DNA of 64,000 bases from Pedosphaera sp. (GCA_031414955.1 JANOQV010000065.1:9958-73957); one strand, 5' to 3'. Shown: positions 40,096-49,823, counted from the first letter of the stretch. Translations and numbers: made by a program. The notes: a model not told the origin generated them from the letters alone.

Positions 40096-40156
40096 AGGGA
40101 ACGCGGCCGGACGGAGGGCGGGCGACGACCGGAACCGAAACGGCGCGCGCCTTTTT

Positions 40157-40540
40157 TCAATGACGCAGCGCGCTCCCGAGCAGGTGCCCGAGCCAGACGG
40201 CGAGGAGGCACGCCAGCACGGAGCCGAGCACGTTGCCGGTGACGGCCGGCCAGTTCCCGGCGCGCATCAGGTCGAGCGTCTGCACGCTGAAGGCGGAGAA
40301 GGTGGTATAGCCGCCGCAGATTCCCACCACGAGGAAGTGGCGCAGCGTGGGGGCCTCGGCGAGCCGTCCGCCGGTTTCACTGAGCGCGGCGAAGATCCCG
40401 ATGAGGAACGAGCCGGTGATGTTCACAAAGATCGTGCCCCAGGGAAATTTGTTGTCGAAGCGCGCGGTGATCGCGCTGGACATCCAGAAACGCGCCACGC
40501 TGCCCAGCGCGCCGCCGAGGGCAATCCAGAGATAGTTCAC
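40157..40540 (-). CDS. crcB: Fluoride efflux channel Fluc/CrcB
   Basis: IALGGALGSVAR, FPWGTIFVNITGSF, GICGGYTTFSAF; GTG overlaps the upstream stop. Confidence 0.95.
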   Translation of the reverse strand: MNYLWIALGGALGSVARFWMSSAITARFDNKFPWGTIFVNITGSFLIGIFAALSETGGRLAEAPTLRHFLVVGICGGYTTFSAFSVQTLDLMRAGNWPAVTGNVLGSVLACLLAVWLGHLLGSALRH

Positions 40541-42051
40541 GCGGAGGTTCCTTTCGCGGCCCGCATCCGCTCCAGCTGGTTGCGGGTGATTTGTTGCACG
40601 GCGGGATGCGGGCCGCGCGGTTCCGAATACACCTTGGGCCGCACATAGCCGGGCGGCGCGCTCAGACCGTCGCCCCACCAGATGGTCGCGGCATTGAAGA
40701 CGAAGTTGCCGCGCGGTCCGGGATAAACTGTCGCGGTGTAGGTGCCGCCGTTCGGCTTGCCGGGCGCGGAAAAGGTCGGCCCGGTGGCGACGACTTCGAG
40801 GCCGGGAATCGGCGCCGGATCGCCGTGCCATTCCCAACCGACGAGGCCGGGGACCGCAGCGCCCGCCTTCATCCCCGTGCCGGCAAACAGCCAGTGGTCG
40901 GGACGCGCGCAGGTCCAGTCCGCGCCGCCCGTGACCGGCCCGGTGCTGTGCGCGCCCAGAAGTTCGTTCGCGTAGGGCCGCTCGTGGGCAAGGGTGCTGA
41001 TCTTCTGGAACTCAATCGTGCCGCCGGGCGGGCCATACACGCCCACGCGTTCGAAGGCGCGATTGGCTTTCCCATGCGCATCGGGGCTGAGGAGTATTTT
41101 TCCGCAGACCGCGTTGCCGGAAAGGAAGGCCGCGTTCACGCCGTGCGCGATGGCGGACTGGACATGGCGAAACATCTCGATGGACCAATACTCGTCGTGA
41201 CCCACGGAGAGAAATCCCTTCGCGCGCCGCAGCCCGTGCGGATCGGTGTGCGTGTCGAGATTCGAGATGTAGGTCACGTCGTAGCCGTGCTGCTCAAGCC
41301 AGAAGGCGACGGGAAATTCCCAGAGCAGAAACTCGCCCGAGCCGGTCGAGAGCGGCGCATCCAGAATCTGGCAGTACTTTCCGTAGGGACGGTTGAAGCC
41401 GACCTGCACGTTGCCGCCCCAATACCATTGCTCCTGGCCGTCGTCGTAGAGCGCGAACTGCGAGGGCCAGCGGTTGTAGGCCTGCCAGGTGTTGTCGCTG
41501 CATTGGAAGAGGAAATCCGCCGGGCGATCATCGCGCACGATGAAGATGACATAGCTCTGGGTGCCGTCGCCTTGGGCGGTGAGCTTGCCGAGATACACAC
41601 CACTGAGCCAGTCGCCCGGAATGCGGAAGGAGAGCGACGGCTCCCACTGACAGTCGCGCAGGCGTTTGTGGCCCACCGGCGGATCGGGCTGCACCTGGCC
41701 GCGGATGGCCTCGAAGCTCCGCATCAAGCGCGCCCCGGCTCCGCCGTAATAACCCATCCGGTACACATCGAGCGTGAAGGCCGATGCGGGATTCGTGCTG
41801 ACGAAAATGGAGAGCATCCCGCCGGCGCGAATGCTGGTGTGGGAACAGTAACCTTCGATCCACGGGCAGCGATATTTTGTGGCTGGGTCGATTCGCGGAC
41901 GGGTGAGCAGCCAGTCGCGGGTGCCGGGCCGCAGATTCTCACGCAAGATCCGGTCGGAAGATTGAGGTTTGGAGGTGGAAGCGCAACCGGCCAGCGAGGC
42001 GCCCGCGCCGGCTGCCGCCACGTTCTTCAGGAATTCACGCCGGTTGAACAT
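40537..42051 (-). CDS. Tat-exported lipoprotein, N,N-dimethylformamidase beta-subunit-like family
   Basis: NRREFLK twin-arginine signal, LAGC lipobox; IEGYCS, TWQAYN, FNRPY, SVGHDEYWS, VFNAATIWW. Confidence 0.8.
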   Translation of the reverse strand: MFNRREFLKNVAAAGAGASLAGCASTSKPQSSDRILRENLRPGTRDWLLTRPRIDPATKYRCPWIEGYCSHTSIRAGGMLSIFVSTNPASAFTLDVYRMGYYGGAGARLMRSFEAIRGQVQPDPPVGHKRLRDCQWEPSLSFRIPGDWLSGVYLGKLTAQGDGTQSYVIFIVRDDRPADFLFQCSDNTWQAYNRWPSQFALYDDGQEQWYWGGNVQVGFNRPYGKYCQILDAPLSTGSGEFLLWEFPVAFWLEQHGYDVTYISNLDTHTDPHGLRRAKGFLSVGHDEYWSIEMFRHVQSAIAHGVNAAFLSGNAVCGKILLSPDAHGKANRAFERVGVYGPPGGTIEFQKISTLAHERPYANELLGAHSTGPVTGGADWTCARPDHWLFAGTGMKAGAAVPGLVGWEWHGDPAPIPGLEVVATGPTFSAPGKPNGGTYTATVYPGPRGNFVFNAATIWWGDGLSAPPGYVRPKVYSEPRGPHPAVQQITRNQLERMRAAKGTSA

Positions 42052-42117
42052 GGGCGCAGAATGGCATGGCCCGCAGGGGCGCTCAACGGTTTTGAAAGTG
42101 GGGCCGGCCGGGGCGGT

Positions 42118-42268
42118 GCCTCCGTCCACTGTTGGCGAGCGGCAGGGGCCAGGTGGGAGGCCTCGCGCTGCGAGGCCAGAGCCAACGGTCCAGAACTGGC
42201 CCTCGCCGCGCAGCGCGAGGCGTGCCACCCCGTCGTCGTCCCGTCGCTCGCCCACGGTGGACGGAGGC
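42118..42268. repeat. Long intergenic inverted repeat
   Basis: 42118-42141 vs 42245-42268 are reverse complements with 2 mismatches; inner CCTCGCGCTGCG/CGCAGCGCGAGG pair. Confidence 0.75.
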
Positions 42269-42285
42269 CCCACGGCCGGCGCGGA

Positions 42286-43023
42286 TCAGAGTTTTTTGAA
42301 CCGGATGTTCCGGTAGGCCGCCGCCGTGTTCCAGGTCGAGAGACCGAGGGGCAGCGCGGGTTCGACTTCGAAGCGGATGCTCAACCGCTTGTCCTCCAGC
42401 TCGAAATTCACCACTCGTTCCTCGTCGATCCAGGCCTGGATTTTTCCTGGCTCCACCCGCAATCGAATGCGGTGCCACTTGCCGTTGACGAAGTTCTTGA
42501 ACGTCGTCGTCTCGTTCTGCGAGGCGTCCTCGCTGTTGATGCTCGACAACCCCACCGTGCCGCCGCCCCAGCCGCCGACGATGAAGCTGCAATCCTGTTT
42601 ACCCACGGGGAAAGTGAGGCCGCAGAAGAAATCGCCGCCCTCCACGCGCATGGCCTCAAGCGAGACCTCGTAATTCATGCGCGGCAAATCGTTGGTGTGG
42701 GCCAGCGTGATGCCTGTCATGTGGCCCAGGCCGATGTTGATCTGGCCGTTGGAGACGGTGACCGAACCGCGTCCCGCGAAATCGGAGGAGATCCAGCCGT
42801 TAAGCGTCTGGCCATCGAAGAGGATGCCCGAGTCGGGGATTTTTCCCGAGGCGACTACCACCGGTGAAGGTTTGACGGCCACGGGAGCAGCAGGCGGCAT
42901 GGGCGGCTTGGCCCCGGCTGCCGAGGATTTGGATTGGCATGGGCAAGTGCATCCAGCCAGGCCGAGCATTCCGGCCAGACCAAGCAAGGGCAGCAGCTTC
43001 AGGCAACGCGTGGCAACAATCAT
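42286..43023 (-). CDS. DUF1080 (3-keto-disaccharide hydrolase-like) lipoprotein
   Basis: Lipobox LAGC; LFDGQTLNGW, DFFCGLTFP, WHRIRLRV, YRNIRFKKL. Confidence 0.85.
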   Translation of the reverse strand: MIVATRCLKLLPLLGLAGMLGLAGCTCPCQSKSSAAGAKPPMPPAAPVAVKPSPVVVASGKIPDSGILFDGQTLNGWISSDFAGRGSVTVSNGQINIGLGHMTGITLAHTNDLPRMNYEVSLEAMRVEGGDFFCGLTFPVGKQDCSFIVGGWGGGTVGLSSINSEDASQNETTTFKNFVNGKWHRIRLRVEPGKIQAWIDEERVVNFELEDKRLSIRFEVEPALPLGLSTWNTAAAYRNIRFKKL

Positions 43024-43119
43024 GTCCCCATTGAAGCGGATGCGGTGAAAAAGCCAAACCCCAAGATTGGGCCCGAGTGCGACCTGGGGGCGTCGCACAC
43101 CCGCGCTGCCGGTTTCCTG

Positions 43120-44760
43120 CTAATTCCCGTTGGCGGCCCGTGCTCGGCGCGGTGCGGCCGGTGCGTTGGTATCCGTGCCGGCTTGGGCGCGAAATTGTTT
43201 CTCCAACTCGCTCCACCGGGCCGCCATGTCGCGGACTCGATCCGGCTGCTGCCCCGCCAGGTTCACCTGTTCGGAACGATCCTGGCTCAGATTGTAGAGG
43301 GCGTAGTCATTCGTGTTCGGCCGCTTGGAGACCAGCTTCCAGTCACCCATGCGGAGAGCGCGATTGTTCTCATGATGAAAGTAGAGATAGTCGCGCGGCA
43401 CCGGCACATCCTGGGCGAAGGCCGAAACAAGACTGCGTCCGGGCAAAGTTGGTGCTTCGACGCCGTGCCACTTCGCGTCCCGCTTCGCGCCCACCAGTTC
43501 GAGCACCGTGGGCACAAAGTCGATGACGTGTCCGGGTGTGTGGCGCAGTTCGCCCTTCGCCGCGAGGCCCTGGGGCCAATGTACAATCAGCGGCGTGCTG
43601 ATGCCGCCTTCGTGAACCCACGATTTGTGCAGCCGGAACGGCGTGTTGCCCACCGTGGACCAACCGGGACCGAGGCAGAGAAAACTTCCACCGGAACCAA
43701 GCGCGGCCGTCTGGTCGTGCCGGTCGCCGCGATTGAGGAACTCCGCGCTCGTGCCATTGTCAGACGCGAACATCACGACCGTGTTCTCCAGCGCGCCCAT
43801 CACCTTGAGCTGGTCGAGCACGCGGCCGATCTCGCGATCCATGCGGTCGATCATTGCGGCGTGAATCGCCATCTTCGTCGCCTGGAAGCGCCGCTCCTCC
43901 TCGTTCAATTCACTCCACGCCACGGCGCGCGCGACTTCGCCGGGGCTGATCTGCTCCTTCACGGCGGCGTCCTTGAGATTCCAGTTCGGCACCGTCTCCG
44001 GCTCGCGCGGGCTGAGCGCGGCGTTCACCAGGCCCAGCTTGGTTTGCTTCTCGTGGCGCTGCCGGCGAATCACGTCCCAGCCCGCCAGATACTTGTCGCG
44101 GTAGCGCGCGATGTCCTCCGGCGGCGCCTGCAAGGGAAAGTGCGGCACGGTGAAGGCGAGGTAGCCGAAGAACGGCTGGGCGGAATAGTTCGCCGCGTGG
44201 TCCTTGAGACAGCCGATCATGAAATCGGCGAAGGCCACCGTCGTGTAATAGTTGCTGCCCTTCGGCACCGGCGGCTGGCGCACATCATTCACCCAGTGGT
44301 TGCCTGGATAAAAGTTCCGGTCGTGATCCTCCAGCCGATACGAGCGGTCAAAACCGCCATCCGCGAGCACCCGCGGTGCGCCCTGCACATGCCACTTGCC
44401 GCTGTGATACGAGCGATAGCCGAGCGGTTGGAGATAGTGCGGCAACAGGCGGGTCCACTCCGGCAACCGCCCGCGCGGAGGGTCCATGCGAATCTGCTGC
44501 GGGTAATGCCCGGTGAGCAGAGCCGCGCGCGTGGGCCAGCACCGCGCCGTGTTGTAGAACTGGGTGAAGCGCACCCCGTTGGTCGCCAGCCGATCCAGGT
44601 TGGGCGTGGCGATTTCTCCACCGTAGCAACCGGCGTCGGCAAAGCCCAGGTCGTCAGCCAGGATGAAAAGGATGTTCGGCCGGGTGGCGGCGAAAGTCTG
44701 GCCGCAAAGCGCCAGAGTCAGCGCGAGGCACAAAATCAAACTACGGCGATGGATTGGCAT
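43120..44760 (-). CDS. Arylsulfatase (formylglycine-dependent)
   Basis: Signal peptide; RPNILFILADDLG, CWPTR, GKWH, SDNG, HEGGISTP. Confidence 0.95.
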   Translation of the reverse strand: MPIHRRSLILCLALTLALCGQTFAATRPNILFILADDLGFADAGCYGGEIATPNLDRLATNGVRFTQFYNTARCWPTRAALLTGHYPQQIRMDPPRGRLPEWTRLLPHYLQPLGYRSYHSGKWHVQGAPRVLADGGFDRSYRLEDHDRNFYPGNHWVNDVRQPPVPKGSNYYTTVAFADFMIGCLKDHAANYSAQPFFGYLAFTVPHFPLQAPPEDIARYRDKYLAGWDVIRRQRHEKQTKLGLVNAALSPREPETVPNWNLKDAAVKEQISPGEVARAVAWSELNEEERRFQATKMAIHAAMIDRMDREIGRVLDQLKVMGALENTVVMFASDNGTSAEFLNRGDRHDQTAALGSGGSFLCLGPGWSTVGNTPFRLHKSWVHEGGISTPLIVHWPQGLAAKGELRHTPGHVIDFVPTVLELVGAKRDAKWHGVEAPTLPGRSLVSAFAQDVPVPRDYLYFHHENNRALRMGDWKLVSKRPNTNDYALYNLSQDRSEQVNLAGQQPDRVRDMAARWSELEKQFRAQAGTDTNAPAAPRRARAANGN

Positions 44761-44895
44761 GGCGAAGTAATCTCCAACGAAGGAGGACTGGCGACTGAAT
44801 TCTTTGGAGGGGTCTGCTTTCCATGGGCTGGCCCCCATTCGACGGTGCGTCGAGCCGAAACTTCCCCGCGCTAATTCCCTTCCGCCTCGGGTCGG

Positions 44896-44931
44896 AATAA
44901 CAAACAGGGCGGACCCCAATGGAGCCCGCCC
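44896..44931 (-). terminator. Intrinsic terminator after the small basic ORF
   Basis: Minus strand GGGCGGGCTCC-ATT-GGGGTCCGCCC followed by TGTTTGTTATT. Confidence 0.7.
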
Positions 44932-44952
44932 CGCCTGTGAATGGCTTCCGCC

Positions 44953-45075
44953 TCAGCCTTTGGCCTTGGTCTTGGCCTTGGTCTTGCCCTGCTTCGCCTT
45001 GGCGGCGGCGGTCTTGCGTTTGTCGTATGCGACGCGCCGGCGGCGCTTCTGCGTTTTGTTACTCTGCTGGCCCAT
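44953..45075 (-). CDS. 40-aa Lys/Arg-rich small protein (not in the ORF track)
   Basis: MGQQSNKTQKRRRRVAYDKRKTAAAKAKQGKTKAKTKAKG*; GC-ending codons; own terminator. Confidence 0.7.
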   Translation of the reverse strand: MGQQSNKTQKRRRRVAYDKRKTAAAKAKQGKTKAKTKAKG

Positions 45076-45119
45076 AGTTCTTTACTTTGAAACGTTGTTC
45101 CGTTTGCTTGGGTCAAACT

Positions 45120-45671
45120 ATGAAGAGTCGCTCGTGCGTGTTCAATGGCTTTCTGGCCCTGGCCCTCCTGGCTTCCACGGCGGGTTGCTGCACGAGCGTG
45201 GAATGCAAGCGGAGCAAGGAGAAGAGCACCCTGCGCGTCCACCTCGAGTCAGATCGCGGCAGCAAAGACCGCGCCTCGGCCATCTCCGTTCTCCGCACCT
45301 CGCCGGTCAAAATAAACATCGAGCGCGATCCGGTCCTGCATGAGGGGCATGTCGTCGCGGCGCGCCTCGTCGAGGAGGACGGCGGTCTGTTCTCGGTCGA
45401 GATTCAGTTGGATCGTCGCGGATCCTGGGCGCTGGAACGCACCTCCGTCTCGTATCGGGGCCGGCACCTGGCCGTCTTCAGCGATTTCGGCGAGGAAGCC
45501 CGCTGGCTGGCGGCCCCAGTCATCCAGGCCAAGAACAGCAGCGGCCGCCTGACCTTTACCCCCGACGCGACCCACGAAGAGGCCGAACGGTTCGTCCGTG
45601 GCCTGAACAACTACGCCAAGGAACAGGAGAGCGCCGACAAGTGGCCCTTCGCCCCGGCCATGGAAAGATGA
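45120..45671 (+). CDS. Lipoprotein with SecDF P1-head-like domain
   Basis: Lipobox TAGC; VEIQLDRRGSWALE..S....GRHLAVF...LAAPVIQ...SSG...EAERFVRGLN resembles the SecD P1 head. Confidence 0.65.
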   Translation: MKSRSCVFNGFLALALLASTAGCCTSVECKRSKEKSTLRVHLESDRGSKDRASAISVLRTSPVKINIERDPVLHEGHVVAARLVEEDGGLFSVEIQLDRRGSWALERTSVSYRGRHLAVFSDFGEEARWLAAPVIQAKNSSGRLTFTPDATHEEAERFVRGLNNYAKEQESADKWPFAPAMER

Positions 45672-46777
45672 AGGCCGAAACTCCAAACTCCAAACCCCAA
45701 ACTCCAAACCAATCCCAAGCAGCAAACTCCCACCGGAACTTGGGCACGCCTGAATTCCCTTGGGTTTCTAGCCTTGGGATTTTGTTTGGGATTTGGAGTT
45801 TGGGATTTGGAATTTCCCCTGCACACGCCCAACCCTTCCACCTGCCCACGGCCAACCGCGCCCTCTTCGACAAAGGTGCCGAGGAGAAATTCTTTGTCGG
45901 CACCACGGGCAAGCCCTGGCCGAGTGGCACCTTCGGCTGCGTGCGCAGTGAAGGGAATCAGATGCATGAGGGGCTCGACATCCGCAGCTTGTCCCGCGAC
46001 CGGCGCGGCGAGCCGACCGATCCGGTGCTGGCTTCCTGCGACGGCACGGTCGCCTACCTCAACCCGCGCATCAGCGCCTCGAACTACGGCAAGTACGTCG
46101 TGCTGCGCCATACGATTGAAGGGATGGAGGTCTTCACGCTCTACGCGCATCTGAGCGGCTTCGCGCTCGGACTCAAGGCGGGCCAGACCGTGAAAGCGGG
46201 TGAAACCATTGCCACTCTGGGCCGGACCAGCAACACGCGCGAGCGCATCTCGCAGGAACGCGCCCATGTCCATTTCGAGATCAATCTCTTCGTCAACGAA
46301 CGCTTCCCCGTTTGGTACAAGAAGGAGCATCCCAAGGATCCCGACGAGCACGGCCCGTGGAACGGCATCAACCTGCTCGGCCTCGACCCGCGCCTCATCC
46401 TGCTCGATCAGCAGGCCCAAGGAGCAAAGTTCAGCCTCGTGAAGTTCATCCAGAGCCGGCCCGAGTTGTGCCGCGTGCTGGTGCGCGACACCAGCTTCCC
46501 CTACCTCAAACGCTACCCCATGCTCCTGCGTTCCAACCCTGTGGCGGAAAAGGAAGGCGTGGCCGGTTACGAACTCACACTCGACTGCAACGCCGTGCCC
46601 ATCGCGCTCACGCCGCGCGCGGCCAGCGAGATCAAATCGAAGCAGAAATACCAGGTGCTCTCGGTCAACGCCGCCGAGGAGGAGAAGAATTCCTGTCGCA
46701 AGCTCGTGGTCCGGCGAGGCCGGAGTTGGGAGTTGAGCAACACCGGAACTGTCTTCCTCAATCTGCTGACGCAGTGA
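45668..46777 (+). CDS. M23 family metallopeptidase
   Basis: HEGLD, YGKYVVLRH, TLYAHL, HVHFEI; ATGA overlap with the upstream gene. Confidence 0.92.
   Translation: MKAETPNSKPQTPNQSQAANSHRNLGTPEFPWVSSLGILFGIWSLGFGISPAHAQPFHLPTANRALFDKGAEEKFFVGTTGKPWPSGTFGCVRSEGNQMHEGLDIRSLSRDRRGEPTDPVLASCDGTVAYLNPRISASNYGKYVVLRHTIEGMEVFTLYAHLSGFALGLKAGQTVKAGETIATLGRTSNTRERISQERAHVHFEINLFVNERFPVWYKKEHPKDPDEHGPWNGINLLGLDPRLILLDQQAQGAKFSLVKFIQSRPELCRVLVRDTSFPYLKRYPMLLRSNPVAEKEGVAGYELTLDCNAVPIALTPRAASEIKSKQKYQVLSVNAAEEEKNSCRKLVVRRGRSWELSNTGTVFLNLLTQ
45678..45815. repeat. Inverted heptamer arrays (AAACTCC)n ... (TTTGGRR)n in the M23 N-terminus
   Basis: Four units 45678-45705 and four near-complementary units 45785-45812. 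Confidence 0.85.
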
Positions 46778-46811
46778 GGTGGTCGCTCCCACGGGTGGCC
46801 CGCCGTCGCCC

Positions 46812-48074
46812 TCAAACGGGACCGCGTGGGGAACTCCACTCATTGAGCTCGCGCTCGTTCGCCGCCGCGCCGAGGCCGAGATGTTCCAGCGCCTCGCCCA
46901 TCAAATAAAGCGACCCAGTAATCACGACGTGGCTTTCATCGCCGGCCAGCGCCAGCGCCTCGGCGAGCGAGCCAGCCGGGCGAACCTCCAGTTCGGGCTG
47001 CGCCTCCTGAGCCGCCTGCACCAGTTGCCCAGGCCGCGCGCTGCGATTGCTGGCCACCGGGATGCAAATCATCCGCCGCGCGACCCCGGCGAATGTGCCG
47101 GCGGCTTCCGCCCAGTTTTTATCCTCCAGCATGCCGAGGATGACCGTGCAGGGCGCGCCGCCAAACTCCACCCGCAACGCCGCGGCCAGCGCCTTCGCCC
47201 CGGCCGGATTGTGCGCTCCATCGAGCACGATGGTCTGCACCCCGCGCCGGAGAACCTGGAACCGCGCCGGCCATTGCACCGCCACCAACCCATCGCGCGC
47301 GACCACTCGCGGCACCGGCAGGCTCTCCTCCAACAGCTCAACCACGCCCAAGGCCACCGCCGCGTTGAGCCGTTGATGCGCGCCGCGCAAACCCAGCCCT
47401 TCATGCACCACCGGCTCCGTCACCACCTGTAGCCGCGCACCCTGCCGCCGTGCCGTTTCGTGAATCTCCTCCAGCGCTCCGCCTTCCGCCGCCGTCACCA
47501 CCGGCACGCCCGGCTTGATGATGCCGGCCTTCTCCCGCGCAATCGCCTCCAGTGAATTTCCCAGCCAGGCCTCGTGATCGAACTGCACATTGGTGATCAC
47601 GCTCACCAGCGGCGTGACGATGTTCGTGGCATCGAGCCGTCCGCCCAGTCCGGTTTCCCAAATCACCAGATCACACTTCTGCTCCGCGAAATAGCGCGCC
47701 GCCAAGACCGTCACGACTTCGAAGAAAGTGGGCCGGTGCTCCTGCGCCAGGTCCGCCAGCCAGCCCCGCGCCTCCGCCACCAACCGGGCCGCGTCCGCCT
47801 CCGAGATCAATTCGCGGTCGATCTGGATGCGCTCGCGAAAGCTGACCAGATGCGGCGAGGTATAAAGCCCGACGCGCAGGCCGGTCGCGCGGTAGATCGA
47901 CTCCAGCATGGCGCAGGTCGAGCCTTTGCCATTCGTGCCCGCCACATGGATGAAGCGAAGCTGAGACTGCGGCTGCCCGGCCAGTTCCGCCAGACGCAGC
48001 GTGGGGGCGAGACCGAGGTTCGCGCCAAACATGGGGAGCGAAGACAAATACTCGATGGCTTCCTGATATGACAT
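46812..48074 (-). CDS. folC: Folylpolyglutamate synthase / dihydrofolate synthase
   Basis: HVAGTNGKGST, YTSPHL, ETGLGGRLDATN, LDGAHNP, TGSLYL. Confidence 0.96.
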   Translation of the reverse strand: MSYQEAIEYLSSLPMFGANLGLAPTLRLAELAGQPQSQLRFIHVAGTNGKGSTCAMLESIYRATGLRVGLYTSPHLVSFRERIQIDRELISEADAARLVAEARGWLADLAQEHRPTFFEVVTVLAARYFAEQKCDLVIWETGLGGRLDATNIVTPLVSVITNVQFDHEAWLGNSLEAIAREKAGIIKPGVPVVTAAEGGALEEIHETARRQGARLQVVTEPVVHEGLGLRGAHQRLNAAVALGVVELLEESLPVPRVVARDGLVAVQWPARFQVLRRGVQTIVLDGAHNPAGAKALAAALRVEFGGAPCTVILGMLEDKNWAEAAGTFAGVARRMICIPVASNRSARPGQLVQAAQEAQPELEVRPAGSLAEALALAGDESHVVITGSLYLMGEALEHLGLGAAANERELNEWSSPRGPV

Positions 48075-48393
48075 TCGGCGGCGGATGCTGCCAGCCCCTT
48101 GTCCGACAAGCGACCCAAAGTTCCGGCGCGAATGCTGCCAGGGGCCGGCTTCAGGAAACTGTGGCCCTCCCTGAACCTCTGGCCCGACGGGCCGTGGTGG
48201 AAAGCCTCGCGCGGCGAGGCCAGTGGGTTCGGGACGGCGAGCGCCGCGCGCGCGTCCCCACCGAACGCCAGCCGAGCGGGACCGGGGCGTGCCGCCCGAT
48301 CCCGCTCTTGGTGGTTTTCCCCGGCGCGCATGGGCCGGTGGGTGGAGTGGCCATTGTCGCCTCCTTGCGGCAGTGGCTGGTGGCTCCGGGGCC

Positions 48394-49698
48394 TCAAGGC
48401 CGCGGCACCGTGTAGATCTTTGGATAGTTGGCCCCGAGCAATTCCAACTGCACGAACGGCCCGTTCGGGTTGGGATTGGCCGGGATGCTTGAGGCCTCGG
48501 CCACGTTGAAATCGTTGTCGTAGGTGAGTACGATCATGCCGTTCACCACGCAGACGCCTTCCACTTTTTCCAGCAGCGGATCAATCGCCGTCAGCGAGTT
48601 GATCACCACCGTCTTGCTCACCGGCACGACGCCCAGCGCCGCGAGACCGGCGGTGTTCAATTGCTCCAGGGTTTTCGTCGGGTCCGAGATCAGCCTTCCA
48701 GTGATGGCGTTTTCGAGGGGTGTGAGATCCGTCGCTCCCGCCACGTCCACCTCGAACAGTTTGTCGGTGGCCCGCTCTGGAACCAGGAGCCGGCCCGGCC
48801 CGGTCGAGAAAAGATCGCTGAGGGTCACGTTGTTGGGCACGGCGGGGATGCGGTAGAGGTACTGGCGCACCAGCGGCTCGGGACTGCCCACGAGCAGGGT
48901 ATTGAGGTTGATGGCCAGGAGGCGGACGTTGCCATTGGCGTCCCCGGCGGCCCGGTTGGGATTGCTGAGCGGCCGTTGCATGATGGCGTAGAGGATGCCA
49001 TCGGCGGCCGCGGCGATGCCCTCCAGGCCGCGATTGCTGCGCCGCTTGGCGAGCACGGCTGGGAGCACATCGTAGGTCGGCACCTGCTCCAGGCCGGTCA
49101 GTGTTCCAGTTGGCACGAGACGCATCTGCACCTTGCCGTTCGGACCGAACATGGCCACGCTGGGCTTGTATTCCTCGCACACCCAGAAGTTCCCCCACGG
49201 ATCGATGGTGATGCCTTCCGCGTCGAGCGAATCCTCATCGAACGGCAGCACGTTCAGGTTCACGTCGTACGGAATGTCCGTGGCGGGCTTGGTCGTGGGC
49301 AGGCCCGAGATGTGTCCGCCGTCCGGGCGCTTGAGCGGTTTCACGTCGTCGACCTTGGCCGAGCCATTCGGCATCAAGCGGACCGTGACGAGGTGCGGCC
49401 CGAAGCCGGGGATGAGCCAGATTTTGGACGTGACGCCCGCAGCCGTGAAGTCAGTCGTGGTACCGCGATCTGTGATGACGTAAAACGAATCGGGTTTGCC
49501 CGGCACGGGATAGAGGCCGGAGAACCCGCCGAGTTTGATTTCGTTTCCATTGTACGGATCGGTGTAGAGGTTGAACTGCGCCGATTGCAGGTTCACGTCG
49601 AACGTGGCGGCCTGGGCCGTGGAGACGGAGAGTTGCCCGAGCAACGCCCCGCCGAGCAACGCGCACGAGGCGCAGCGTTTGAGGATTTGTGTTTTCAT
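48394..49698 (-). CDS. Exported esterase-like-activity-of-phytase family beta-propeller protein
   Basis: Signal peptide; GGFSGL, TDRG, DAEGI, EEYKP, NRGLEGIA, EKVEG, DNDF. Confidence 0.85.
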   Translation of the reverse strand: MKTQILKRCASCALLGGALLGQLSVSTAQAATFDVNLQSAQFNLYTDPYNGNEIKLGGFSGLYPVPGKPDSFYVITDRGTTTDFTAAGVTSKIWLIPGFGPHLVTVRLMPNGSAKVDDVKPLKRPDGGHISGLPTTKPATDIPYDVNLNVLPFDEDSLDAEGITIDPWGNFWVCEEYKPSVAMFGPNGKVQMRLVPTGTLTGLEQVPTYDVLPAVLAKRRSNRGLEGIAAAADGILYAIMQRPLSNPNRAAGDANGNVRLLAINLNTLLVGSPEPLVRQYLYRIPAVPNNVTLSDLFSTGPGRLLVPERATDKLFEVDVAGATDLTPLENAITGRLISDPTKTLEQLNTAGLAALGVVPVSKTVVINSLTAIDPLLEKVEGVCVVNGMIVLTYDNDFNVAEASSIPANPNPNGPFVQLELLGANYPKIYTVPRP

Positions 49699-49770
49699 TT
49701 TTTCAACAAGTAGTTGGTTTGTCTTTGGCACCGGCTCGGTGCCGATGAATTCGGCCCGACCGGTTGCTGT

Positions 49771-49819
49771 TCACTCACTACAGGGGGACGTTGCGGGAAA
49801 GGTTGCAGGAATTCTTTGC
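49771..49819 (-). promoter_or_regulatory. Candidate promoter GCAAAGAATTCCTGCAACC-N12-TCCCCCTGTAGTGAGTGA (copy A)
   Basis: Both blocks identical to 58718-58766 with a same-length divergent spacer; upstream of the phytase-like gene. Confidence 0.6.
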
Positions 49820-49823
49820 GTGT

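Noticed and set aside
40541..40700. Fluoride riboswitch upstream of crcB
   Set aside because: Region is coding sequence of the upstream gene; no riboswitch consensus seen
48075..48393. GC-rich gap between folC and the phytase-like gene with short ORFs
   Set aside because: No convincing coding signal or repeat family recognised
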